This document shows, one piece after another, positions 1 through 11,343 of a stretch of 64,000 nucleotides of DNA. A program made the translations under genes and the position numbers. Position 1 is the stretch's first letter; each line of letters begins with the position of its first letter. The notes beneath the pieces were generated by a model that saw only the letters and a list, made by a program, of their open reading frames with translations, was not told where the DNA came from and did not search any database. The DNA is from Paramecium tetraurelia (lineage: Eukaryota): the NCBI GenBank assembly GCA_000165425.1, contig CT868052.1:62001-126000 (forward strand), in the 5' to 3' direction.

Positions 1-215
1 GGAGCATCGATATCAAATAAATTAAATTATATATAGCCAAGTAAAGAGAAATTAATTGATTAAATTAATATCATTAAGAGATTTTCAATCAATCATATTT
101 ATATACTTGTTTGGCTAACATATAATAGATTAGCCTAATTAACTTAAATTAATATAAAAATCTTAATTTATGTTAAAGAGTAAATATACATATATATCTG
201 AAATCTAATATAATA

Positions 216-2081
216 TCATATTTTTCTATGTTATTTGATTAATGATTAAATATCTTCTAAGACTTTTAACTTTTATTAATTTTATTATTCTTCTTATTTT
301 TATTATTAAACTTACACTTGCTATGTTTAAGTATCATAAATCTTAAATTTATCTTCTAACTTTAAAATTAAAATATGATTACATTTTTAATAGTTTATCT
401 AAGTACATCTGTTTATTACTTATACTTCAAAGACTTCTACACCTAATTTTCAACCTCTAGCTCTGATTACTTTAATTTAGACTTTAAGTCCTATTCTTTT
501 TACTTAGAATCTTTTAATTCATCCTTAGCGGATTGAAGTTATTCGAATAATATGTCAATTTTTTATTCGATTTCATCCATTTATTTTTCCTTTTATTACT
601 TTTCCTCTTAAAACTCAAATTCTAAATTTTTAGAATAATTTTGAAGCTAATTCACAGAGTCAGAAAGGTTTTAGTTTTCTCCAGTTAGCTAAAATTTAAT
701 TAATTATTTATACCTAGTGAATAATGGTTCTCTGTTATGATACCTTCTATTCAAGATCCACAATTAACTCTTTTTAATTAAAATTAGTTTGCTTCTACTC
801 TGATATTTCCAAGAGCAGTTAATTAATTTTCTATTCATTAAGATTTAATTTTTAATGACTCTAATCATTAATGGACTTTAATTCCTATGAAATTTAAGAT
901 AATTTCTTTAATTCATGTTCCTGAATTTAACATTTTTTATCTGAAATATCTAATTGTCTTTAAAGATCAGAATTCTTATTTTATAATTATTCTACTTTTT
1001 ATCTTTATTCATTAATTTTTTATTTTTTTTTCTCAAAAAGATCTTTATTTTAATTATTAATTTTAATAATTTCTTATTCAAAATTGATAGCCAGATTTTA
1101 TTGATTTTATTAGAGTTTACTTAAATAAGATTAAGACTCTTCAAATTTGCTTTAATATTGTTATGTTTAATCTTTTTAAGATTGTAATAATTTAGATAAG
1201 TACTCTATTTACTTTTAATTATCTTCATCCCTAAATCTAATATCTTATACTAGTTAATCAAAGTATCTGATTTATTCATCCTTTTATACTGACTCATTCT
1301 TTAACTCCCTAATTTCATCTTCCAGATCTCTGTTTTGTTCTGCTTAATTGTTGCTATTCAATAACACTCAAATGTACATTTCAGCTGAAAACTCTTCACA
1401 CAATTTTTGTACTCGTTCTAATTCTTTACCAAAATTTAGACTCTATTCATCATATTATTTTTCCTACTATTTAATCTACTTTTTCAATAATTAAATTTTA
1501 TCCTTTTTTGATTATAGTTATTAACGGGAAGCATGAAGCTATTATTTTATTTCTTCAATTATTTTGTCTTGACTTTCGCACTTTAATCGCATATCCTTAT
1601 GATTGTTATCAGCCTTTGCTAAACTATCTTGAAGAGATTTTAATTCAAATTCTAATTATTTAATATGTCTCTCTCTCTAATTTAACTTTCCCTCTAATTC
1701 CTTATTTGCTTATATATAATCCTTTAAAGTCATCTAATTTTCAATTTAAAAAGAATACTTTCAATTCTTTATTAAGTATCAATAGTCTTTCTTATTTTTC
1801 TTTATCCTAATTCTCCTTTGCATTTAAGGTTTCTCTAAGTCTGCTAATTTGTTCAATTGAATGATTTTTTTTTTCTCTAGAAGAACTTTCTCTATTATCT
1901 TTTAGGAATGCAAGTATTACTCATCATTAATATTTGCCTTGCTTTATCTTGACCTAGTATGATAAACCATGATTGGAGGAGAATTTTGTGACTCTGGTTA
2001 TATCATTTAATCAATTTAGAGACTAGTTTTCTTGTAGCGTTCAATCAATTTGTTAACATTTTTTTCCAAACGATTATCCAT
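216..2081 (-). CDS. Hypothetical Gln/Glu/Lys-rich coiled-coil protein
   Basis: Code-6 reading from ATG 2081 (MDNRLEKNVNKLIERYKK...) to ...LEDIQSLIKQHRKI-TGA at 216-218. Heptad-like Q/E/K/L composition; probable tiny introns not all mapped. Confidence 0.75.
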
Positions 2082-2821
2082 TAAAATTAAAATAAATATT
2101 TGAATAAAAATTAACTCTTATTGATATAGTATATACCAATAGAGAGCAGAATCTACAAGTTTGAAAGCATACTTTGTAAATCTGAATAACTTAAATTATG
2201 TATTTACTATTTATATGAATCCATATAACCTTGTAATTTTCCTCAAAGTCATAATTCACTTTAAAATTAAAAATTATTCATAAATATTATAAACGAATAA
2301 AATTTATATCAGACACTATGAAGAACTTACTTTTCACTCAAATTTGAGCTGCAGACTTATGGGTCTTCAAATAATTTGAGAGAATTTGATCGTGTAATAA
2401 TTCAGAGAATAAAACCTTCAATTTTATATTATAGCTTAAATATTAAAAAACTTTTACTTTGAGATACAACATTAATATTAAAACAGAATCATGAATGAAA
2501 CGCCGACTGAAAGTAAACCAACTTTGTGTTCTAAATGGAAGGAGTTTTAAAGTGTTTACCACTTTATTTAATAAAAAGATTTATTGTATAAAATTCTTTT
2601 ACTCCCTTTAATTGTGTAAACTCAAGATTAAATATATTAAAAGAAAACTATAAAGATATATTTAATCAACAAAAGAATTGTTTAATCGAAAATACTTTCT
2701 AATAGGATTTTGAGTAAAAAGTTTGACAAATACAATAACTAATTATGAAGTAGAAAATGGCTTGCCTTATAAATATATTATTTCAGGATTTAAAATTTTT
2801 GTTATTATTATTTAATATTAA

Positions 2822-4559
2822 ATGATGATGGAATAATATTCTCACTAGAACACTTTCGTTTGTGTTGAAAAGTAATGTCACTTATATCGATTCATCACAA
2901 ACTGGGATTAATTGCAATAACATAATTAGTTCAATCACAAAGTTATCTCAAAATAAAAGTTTGATGGCAAAGTGGCTTTTAAATTAAATCAGTTTAATTA
3001 ATAATATAGAATGTCAGTTTAAGAGGATATTTATCAATTAATTCATTATCAAGAAGAGAGAATTATATTTAAAATTTAAGAATTATTTGAATTTTTCAAG
3101 AAGTATAAATAGCAATTTAAATTTCTAGAATGTATCTAAATATTGTTTAAGAATAAATTTATTTTGATGATTATTCATAAATTCTATCAAATTCACTCTC
3201 TATAGAGGCTGATATCTAAAAGTATATTGAAATTTTTTATGGATAAATCTAATCCCCACATTAAATGTAAGTTGATCTCCTTCTAGATGAAATTTAGGCT
3301 AAATTAAATGTATTTGAAGGTGATTGCCTGAATTTATTAGAAAAGAATTTTGCAATGGGAAACCAATATTCCAATAATATTTACAACGAAGGAGCACCAG
3401 AATTTAATGATTAAATAGATCCTGAACCAAATTTGATGAAACCTATTGGAATATAGGAAAATCATTATCAGACTTAATTCATATCAGAGGAGCCAAAGTA
3501 AATGATCTATGAAATACAATAAATTTAACATAATCAAATTGAATATAGTTAAAGTATTTCACAATAGTAGCCTACTATAAATTCAAAACAATAAATCGAA
3601 TAAGATGATTAGAATAATATTCCTTTGAAAGGATATAAGTAGCTGCAATAATAATAACAACAACAATAGTAATAATAACAATAACCATTATAATAATAAT
3701 TATACCAATAACCACAATAATTATAATAATAGCAACAACAGCAATCATCGTAATTATAATAGCCATCGTTTAATTATTCTTATTATACTGAAAAGACTTC
3801 ATCTATTGATGAAGACAGATTGCAATTTAAACTACCATCATAAACAGTAACCATTCCAAAAAATACAAATAAATAATCTAATAAAGAATATATCTACGTA
3901 GCAAAGGACAAATATGATGATTATGATGATTATGATGAAGTAGATGATACTAAATAATAGTAAAAAGACAGGTATTCAATCTTAATTGTATATAGAATAG
4001 AGATATCAAATAATCTAATTCTAAAAGTATCTTTATTGGAAAGAAGTTTGATCTAGACAATTCACCTAAGCGTCTTAAATTTTCATCGAATTGTCAATCA
4101 TTTTCTTGTCAATAGTAAGGAATTGGCCTTGTTGAAGGAATAGTGACCTTAAAAATAGATGCTGAAATTAGATTCAAATTTTCAAAAACTCAAATAAAAG
4201 ATTTTGTAAACTTTCATATTTATCAAAGCAAGCTGAAATAGGGATCTTAAATGTTGACAAGAAGGGGAGGATGAAAGGAAGTCAAATTTATTCTATGAAT
4301 GAAATAGGAGGTATAATCTGATTATTAAAATTAGACCTTGTTCAAAATAAAAAGGTTTTTAGAGGAAAGTTAAAAATAGCTTTAAAATAAGAGTATCTCG
4401 TCTCTTATTCAGCAAAAGAAAGAATGCTATATTTCATTAATGGAAAGACAGAAGTATAAATTAAAAATTAATTAGGAATATCTGGATTTGGATAATGTCG
4501 AAGGATGTTTTAAATTTTTTGTCAAAGTATTTGGATTAAAAGTCAAAATTTTGAATTGA
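2822..4559 (+). CDS. Hypothetical protein: N-terminal Cys/His motif, central poly-Gln tract, C-terminal beta-rich (possibly SPRY-like) domain
   Basis: MMMEQYSHQNTFVCVEKQCHLYRF... The frame is restored by about 6 tiny GTA..AG introns. Ends FKFFVKVFGLKVKILN-TGA. Confidence 0.7.
3640..3765 (+). repeat. Poly-Gln tract encoded by mixed TAA/TAG/CAA/CAG codons
   Basis: caa taa taa taa caa caa caa tag taa taa taa caa..., in frame within the 2822-4559 gene. Confidence 0.85.
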
Positions 4560-5100
4560 TTTATAACATAATGTAATGAAATTATTCTTATTTGATCATA
4601 TTTAGCAATTTAAATAGATAAAATAAACTGATATTTTTTCTACAATTATTCAATATTATAAAGTTTTATCATAAATATGAATATGAATATAAACATATAT
4701 ATCAAGAGTAGAACAAAGTCAAATTTTTAAGGATTTATTTCAATTATAATTATAAAATTCAATTAATAAAAACAGTTGATTTTAAATTTATTTAATTAAT
4801 CTATTAGCGTTGAAACATTTGAGTATTTAGAGTGGTTTAAGATATTGAGAAAATTCAAGAAAAAAGTTATTCTCAATTTTATTTATTTAATTATAGTATT
4901 ATGCATTTTAATTAATGAAATCGAATTTTGGAGGCTTTTAATTCTCTTAAAGTGCTTATATAAAAAACTTAAATTACTTTCAATATTAACTAATTCAAAT
5001 TTTACTTTGATTGAATATCCATTTTACTTGTAAAATTCTTACGAAAGATTGAAATCTTTTAGTCAAATTTTTACTATATATATATAAATTAAATATTAAG

Positions 5101-6328
5101 ATGGGAACTTGCTGTACAAATAATACACAAGATAAGGACGCTTTTACTGCAATAACAGCTCCGATATACATAAATAATGAAAATTTGGAGGTTGGAATGC
5201 AAACTAAAATTAAAGAATCAAATGAAACTCCAAGTTCACCCATCAGATCTGAGAAAATCGATGTATGGTTTAGCATTAAAATCTAGCACAGGATGAGAAC
5301 TATGGAAGCATTAAGAGTTATAGAGGAGTGATGATTAATAATGCTAATGTATATATACATTCCTATAATAGGATAGGTTTTCGATGAATAAACTTCACTT
5401 GCTATAAAGATATTCAACTCCTTAGGTACTTATTCTGGCCAATTTAAGGTCCATTTCCATTTCTAGCTGTTAAAGATCAAACACTTACTTATGTTGGTCC
5501 AGTTTAAATCGAAGAAGGGTATATATAAAATAGTAACAAGAATGATTTACTAAGGGTAATGGTTGGATGGCAGGAGGCATGGATTCGGAAAGTTACTCTG
5601 TTCTTTTGGATCAATTTATGAGGGGGAATGGAATGATGATTAATAACATGGATTTGGAAGATTGGTTTTACCAAGTGGAGATTAGTATAATTTCAATACC
5701 AACTTAAGTTATGAAGGCCAATGGATAAGCGAAAAGGCTTGGGGAATAGGAAAGTATGTAAGTATTGATGGAACAACCTATAATGGCGATTGGGTTGAGG
5801 ATAAATAACATGGAGTAATGAATTACATGATATTGAGAAAGGAATTGAATATTGGAATAATGGATAAAGGTATGAAGGCACTTACTAATATGGATAAAAG
5901 ACAGGTTATGGTATTTTTGAATGGTCTGATGGTTCCAAATATGAAGGAGAATTACTGGATGGAATGCCACATGGAAATGGAGAGTATTGTTGGAAGGATG
6001 GTAAAAAGGTAAGTATAATGTTAATTTATAGTATAAAGGAGAATGGATGTTAAATCAAATGAATGGAGAGGGAGTTTATACATGGCCTGATGGAAAGACT
6101 TATAAAGGAAATGTAAGTAAATTATTTGATTTCTAGTTTGAAAAGGATCAAAGACATGGATACGGAGAATTAGATTGGTCAGATGGAAGGGTTTATAAAG
6201 GATATTGGAAAAATGGAAGATAACATGGAGAAGGAATGTTTACTTATAATAACAAAGTTCGAAAAGGAGTTTGGGAAAATGGATAGCCGATAAAATGGGG
6301 GCAGAGTGAAATATTATCATTATAATGA
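5101..6328 (+). CDS. MORN-repeat protein with N-terminal MGxCC myristoylation/palmitoylation motif
   Basis: Starts MGTCCTNN. Repeated YEGEWxxDxQHGFG / YKGEWMLNQMNGEGVYTWPDG motifs. About 8 tiny introns; TGA at 6326-6328. Confidence 0.9.
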
Positions 6329-6568
6329 AATACTCAGTGTTTTTAATTGATTTATTCTCAATTTAATATTATTTTATCAATTATTTAAATTTAACTGGGT
6401 TTTTGAAATAAATTCAATTTGAATGAATTCAGTATCATTTTATCATCTTATTCATTATATAACATAAGTAAGATTAACATAATTTAAGTTAAAGTACCTT
6501 AAAAGTAGAGTTTATGAATAGAATAACTAATAAATTTAAAATTATAAATTAACAATTTTCATTATTTA

Positions 6569-7727
6569 TCATTAATCATCATCCGTATATAGAGCTAATC
6601 TTGAGTTAGTAAATTTCATAGCATACAACCAATAAGATAAATGTTAAGTAACATAAACAGCATTTTTTAGTTTTTCATCTGGACTACCGAATATCCTGAA
6701 TGTTTTTTCAATATTCCCCAATTTAGGAAAGTTCTAGGGTAAAAATGACAATATAAATTCATTTGTTATTAATAAGATGTGTTCACCATTTTATTCCTCG
6801 CAATATGCTGCATTCATATTTTAGTCTTGATACTAAATGTATCCATACCTTGTTTAACTAGTGATTAAGTTTTTTTATCAGTATCTCCCTGCTGATATTA
6901 TTCCTACTCATAATTTTAGAGAGCCTGATAACCCGTTTCATTAAGTGCAATAGAGAATAAAACAATGAAGGTCGCGATCTTCATGATAATATATACTTAC
7001 TTCCTTATAAGCATCTTCATTCAATAAAGGACCAATAGCCACAAGAAAATAGGCCAATATTTTACTGATTTACGTTTTCTTGATGTTTTTGTCTTTATCA
7101 ATTTCCTCCTTCATGAGAGGATCCTGATCTGGATTTTTTACCTATTTAAATTTATACAGCGAATTTTACTCTTTCATTTGTAATGTCCTTGATATTATTA
7201 TAGATGGATTAATAATCCTGATTACTAATAAAATAGTCTTTGGGAAAGCTATTCAATAAATAAAGTTATTTTTCTTCCTCTTTCTCATATTTGGTGCCCT
7301 TGAATTTTGGAATAAAGTCTTACAGATCTAAAATTGCCAATACTATCTAAAAAGAGGAGGACTTATTCAATAGTTTCATCTGGTTCATTAATGCTGATTG
7401 ATCTTTCGTCGTCTGATTTTCCTTCCTTCAAGTCGTTTTCATCCAACTTGGATAAATACAATCAATTCATACTCTCTTAGGTCTGCCCCTATTTGCTTTA
7501 GGATTCATATTATTAGGTTAGGTTGTACCTTGAGGAGGACTTCCCTGATGTTTTTGTCTCCCCATATACAAGTTGCAATACTTCAAATGTGTATATAGTG
7601 CGGGATAACTCAAATAGCTCTTCCCACACCCGCATGTGTAATCCCTGCTACTTTGATCATTCCTTCTCCTCCTTGCCCTTGCTTATACTGATGCATCATC
7701 TTTATTAGTGGAATTAACTGGATCCAT
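6569..7727 (-). CDS. C2H2 zinc-finger plus AT-hook protein (ciliate family), putative transcription factor
   Basis: RRRRNDQSSRDYTCGCGKSYLSYPALYTHLK|QKH, then NRGRPKR (AT-hook). C-terminus ...HLSYWLYAMKFTNSRLALYTDDDQ-TGA. Confidence 0.85.
7558..7581 (-). other. Candidate 24-nt intron GTA..GAG inside the zinc finger
   Basis: GTATTGCAACTTGTATATGGGGAG. Its removal gives a canonical H-x4-H finger (HLKQKH). Confidence 0.65.
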
Positions 7728-8728
7728 TTTAACTTATTCTTATTAATGCATTCATATTTATAAATAATTGCTTAATGAACATCAGATCTAAGTAATATTA
7801 ATTCAGAGGACTAATTGATGCTTGAGTTTCCTCTCAATAAGTAAGTAATCAATCCCCTAATATCCCTAAGATGTTAGATTAAATAATTGTTGCAAACCAG
7901 CTCTCTCCATTATACAAAATGAATATACTAATTCACTAACTTTGATAGCTCTGTAAAAATATTCAAAGGAGATATAAGTATCAAAGTTCATATTAAGACT
8001 TAAAGGAATATTATCTCAACTTTTAATAGTGTTTTAGAAAAGTAAATTTAATTTCCAGCACTTCTTTGATAAATATAATTAGAGTATGAAATTCTGAAAA
8101 TGTTATTCCAATAAAATTACAAAACGGCAATAGATAGTTAATAAAGAACTTGATAGATAATTAATGATCTTAATATTCAATAATACTCTAAAAATAATTT
8201 AAGTTTAAGAGTGAGAAGTATTGATTGATTGTCACTCATAAACCTTCTTGAGATACTGTAGATTTAGAGCATGCTTCCACTCTTCTAAACTCAAAATTAC
8301 TATATCAAAACTACTAATTAACTTTTTTATTTAATAATAATTATAATAATAAACAGTTGATTCTCAATAAAATCCAAATAAAAACAGAACAATTTAAGAT
8401 ATGAAATAATTTTAATGAAAACTCAATATACCTTTAGTTTGAGCTCTTTATTTTCTATCTTCCACTTTAATTCATTAAATTTCACTTTTGCTAAATCATA
8501 AAATAGATTTACTCTACACTTTAGATGTAATATCATTTTAGTTCAATCATTAGACTAACAAACAATTAAAAAGGTTAGTCCTTATATTGATATCCACTAA
8601 CTATCATTACATAAAACATATTAAAATATATTTATTCCTTATAAATGAAAGAATTCAATCTCTTTACTTATGAGAATATAATTAATTAAAATATGATTGT
8701 AATAATTGATGTGTATATTTTATTAATA

Positions 8729-9850
8729 TCAAACCTTGATGTTTGAGAAATCAACACTTTAAACGAGTGATAAAGCTTATTCACTGACTCCCAATTCTCT
8801 GGTGAATTCATTCTTGGTATTGGTGTAAATATCAGTTTCTTCAGCATAGGTGTTGTTTTCCAATTCTAATTCAGCAGTGTATTGCTTTTAATCAGCAGCT
8901 CTTTAGTCTCTGAATTCAACCATAGAGTCAATCTTTTCTAAAAGCTATTTGATATTTAGTACCATTGGTAGCAGTCAAATCTACTGTAGCTCTGTCAATT
9001 TGTCTTCCGAAGTCAGAAAATTCATCATCCAATTATTCAAGGTAAGCCTCGTGGTCAATGACATCTTGAGCTTCTTAGGCTGTTAAATCATTGATTTAAT
9101 CAACAACAGCGTTTCTGAACTCATTAAGAGCATCGACAATAGATTTCAAGACATCTTGATTTGAAAAGTTTTAATTTGATGCTAAGGTGATGAGAGCTTT
9201 GATCATTGGAGCCATTCTGGATCTTGATCTTAATTTATTTTCAATGTTTTTCAATGTATTTTAGAATCTCTTGATTTACAATAATGATGGATTGGTCAAT
9301 GAGGAAAGAAGGGCAAGGGCATCGTCAACTGAGGCGGTGGCATCATTTAATTCAGCAACTTAGGCTTCGAATGCATCATGCTCTTATTCTCTGACAAGGA
9401 CTGCTTCATCATAGTTCTTTCTGTTTTCCTCTTAGTATCCAATAACGGTATCAATTTTGCTTTAGATTTGATTTCTTCTTGGATAAAGTAAATTATCAAG
9501 TGTGTCTTATGTGTTGTTGACGTCTATACATAGATTTTTGAAATACCAATAACTGCATCTTGGATGTCTTACTCAAGAGAGACAACAAGTGAATTATGTT
9601 CGTTTGTTCTGACTTAGAAATTGAATTCTAATGTTTCCAATTCCTCCTCTAAGTCATTTATGAGTTCTTCGATAGCATCGATTAACTCTTAAACTGGTCC
9701 ACCTGCCATTGAGTGTAACTCAACCAAATGAAGTAATGCCTTTCCGTATGTGCTTTTAGCTAAATCAGCCTAGACTTTAGCCATGTTTCTCTCCTAAACT
9801 CGGGCTGTAAAGGCTACAGCAATGAGGGCGATCAAGATTAAGGATTTCAT
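8729..9850 (-). CDS. TMP: Trichocyst matrix protein precursor (TMP family, T1-like layout)
   Basis: Signal peptide MKSLILIALIAVAFTA. YGKALLHLVELHSMAGGPVQELIDAIEELINDLEEE, acidic coiled coils, central basic SLLQIKRF region. 2 introns. Confidence 0.9.
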
Positions 9851-9890
9851 GATTTTAATATTAATTAAATAAAAACGACTTTATATAATT

Positions 9891-9900
9891 ATCAATCCCC
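9891..9900 (-). promoter_or_regulatory. Candidate upstream element GGGGATTGAT
   Basis: Identical 10-mer also at 7848-7857 (minus strand); variant GGGGTTGATA at 28631-28640 (plus). All are sense-oriented upstream of an ATG. Confidence 0.3.
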
Positions 9901-9905
9901 AACAA

Positions 9906-11067
9906 TCAATCACTGTAAATTTCAGGAGTTTCAGGAGCCAAACAATCGGAATTCCAACATGTAATCCTCCTCATTTGCACTTTCTCTAATTTTCGACAGA
10001 CCTCTTCATGAAATTATCTGTGCTAATTGGTTTCACTCTACAAATATCTTTATTGTCTATTGTGCATTTTCACGCTTCACTCACATAAATAACACTCAAT
10101 TACCTTATATTTATGATTTATCCCATCCTTTATGGTTCTCATTGTTAAGGAGGGTCGATTCATTCCAGTTGGTTTAATCATCTCTTTTGTTGGCTCCTAA
10201 AATTAAATCATTTAAGATTGTTAATCTAGTGATTTTCTAGGGAATATTGATGACTGTCTCCTTATGATTTAAGTCGGATTCTATGTTTAGATCAACATCT
10301 ATTAAGAGACCTATTGTGACTCTTAGAGCGACTCCTTCTTTAATTGATCTTGCTCTTTAAATTTTTGAAACCCCTTGCGTTTCTCGGAGGAAACCTTGTT
10401 TGTTGATTTTATAGATTCCAAGTATCCAAAGCATTTTAGCATGTTCTTCTCTTTACAGAATTTAGACATATATGAAATGAACTGGTTGTTTTTACATTCA
10501 CACTTCTCAATCAATTGAAGAAAGAAAATGTCTGCTTCAATTTTATACTCTTGTTTTTGGGTTTATAACAATAGAAACACTTTAAAAAGATCTGTCTCAT
10601 ATTTAGACTTGTAATCTATTTGTAACACTTCAAAATATTTTTTGCACTCAAAATATGCTAAAATACATAAAATGCGCAAAAATGTTTGTAGTTTATACAT
10701 ATCGATCTAATTAAATATTGACTAAGTACTAGGTCTAAATTAGCAAATGCCCAAGCTTAAAAATAAGAGGATTCATTTTTTCTCAAATTGCACGATTTGA
10801 TTTCTTTAAATTCAATAATGTACTTTTCAGAAATTATTTCTGGAAAGTACATAAACCCTTCCTAGGTTTTTAACTTAGAGGCTAAACCAAAGGATAAAAT
10901 CTTAAGTTCACTCAAATTGTCAATAATTTTGAAAATTCTCTATGATCTCTATTAAGATATCATATCTACTTATCCGTGTTTACATTCTCTTCAGCTACCT
11001 TATTTAGTTAATCATGAACATATTGAGGGAAGGTTTCCTATAAGTAATTTTTGTTACAAACACTCAT
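9906..11067 (-). CDS. Hypothetical protein
   Basis: Long code-6 frames from MSVCNKNYLQETFPQ to ...CLAPETPEIYSD-TGA. Two junctions need atypical introns, so the exon model is uncertain. Confidence 0.55.
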
Positions 11068-11343
11068 TATTTAAAATATTAATCTAAACTTTTACAATAC
11101 TACAAACACAAAAATTACTTAAATTCTGATAGCATAATTTATTTTAAGCTGATTATAATTATATAAACAAAACAATATAAGAATTATAAAATTTGAATCT
11201 TTGAAAAACACAATGATTTTCGTGAAATTGCCAATAAATTCAAATTTATATCTAGTATTTAATGAATTTTATATTTTAGTATAGCACATCCTAATCTAAT
11301 ATAGTGTAATTATCAATAAATTATTAAAATTGAAAATTAAATA

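Noticed and set aside
3575..3766. Ile-rich hydrophobic ORF on the minus strand
   Set aside because: Reverse complement of the poly-Gln tract.
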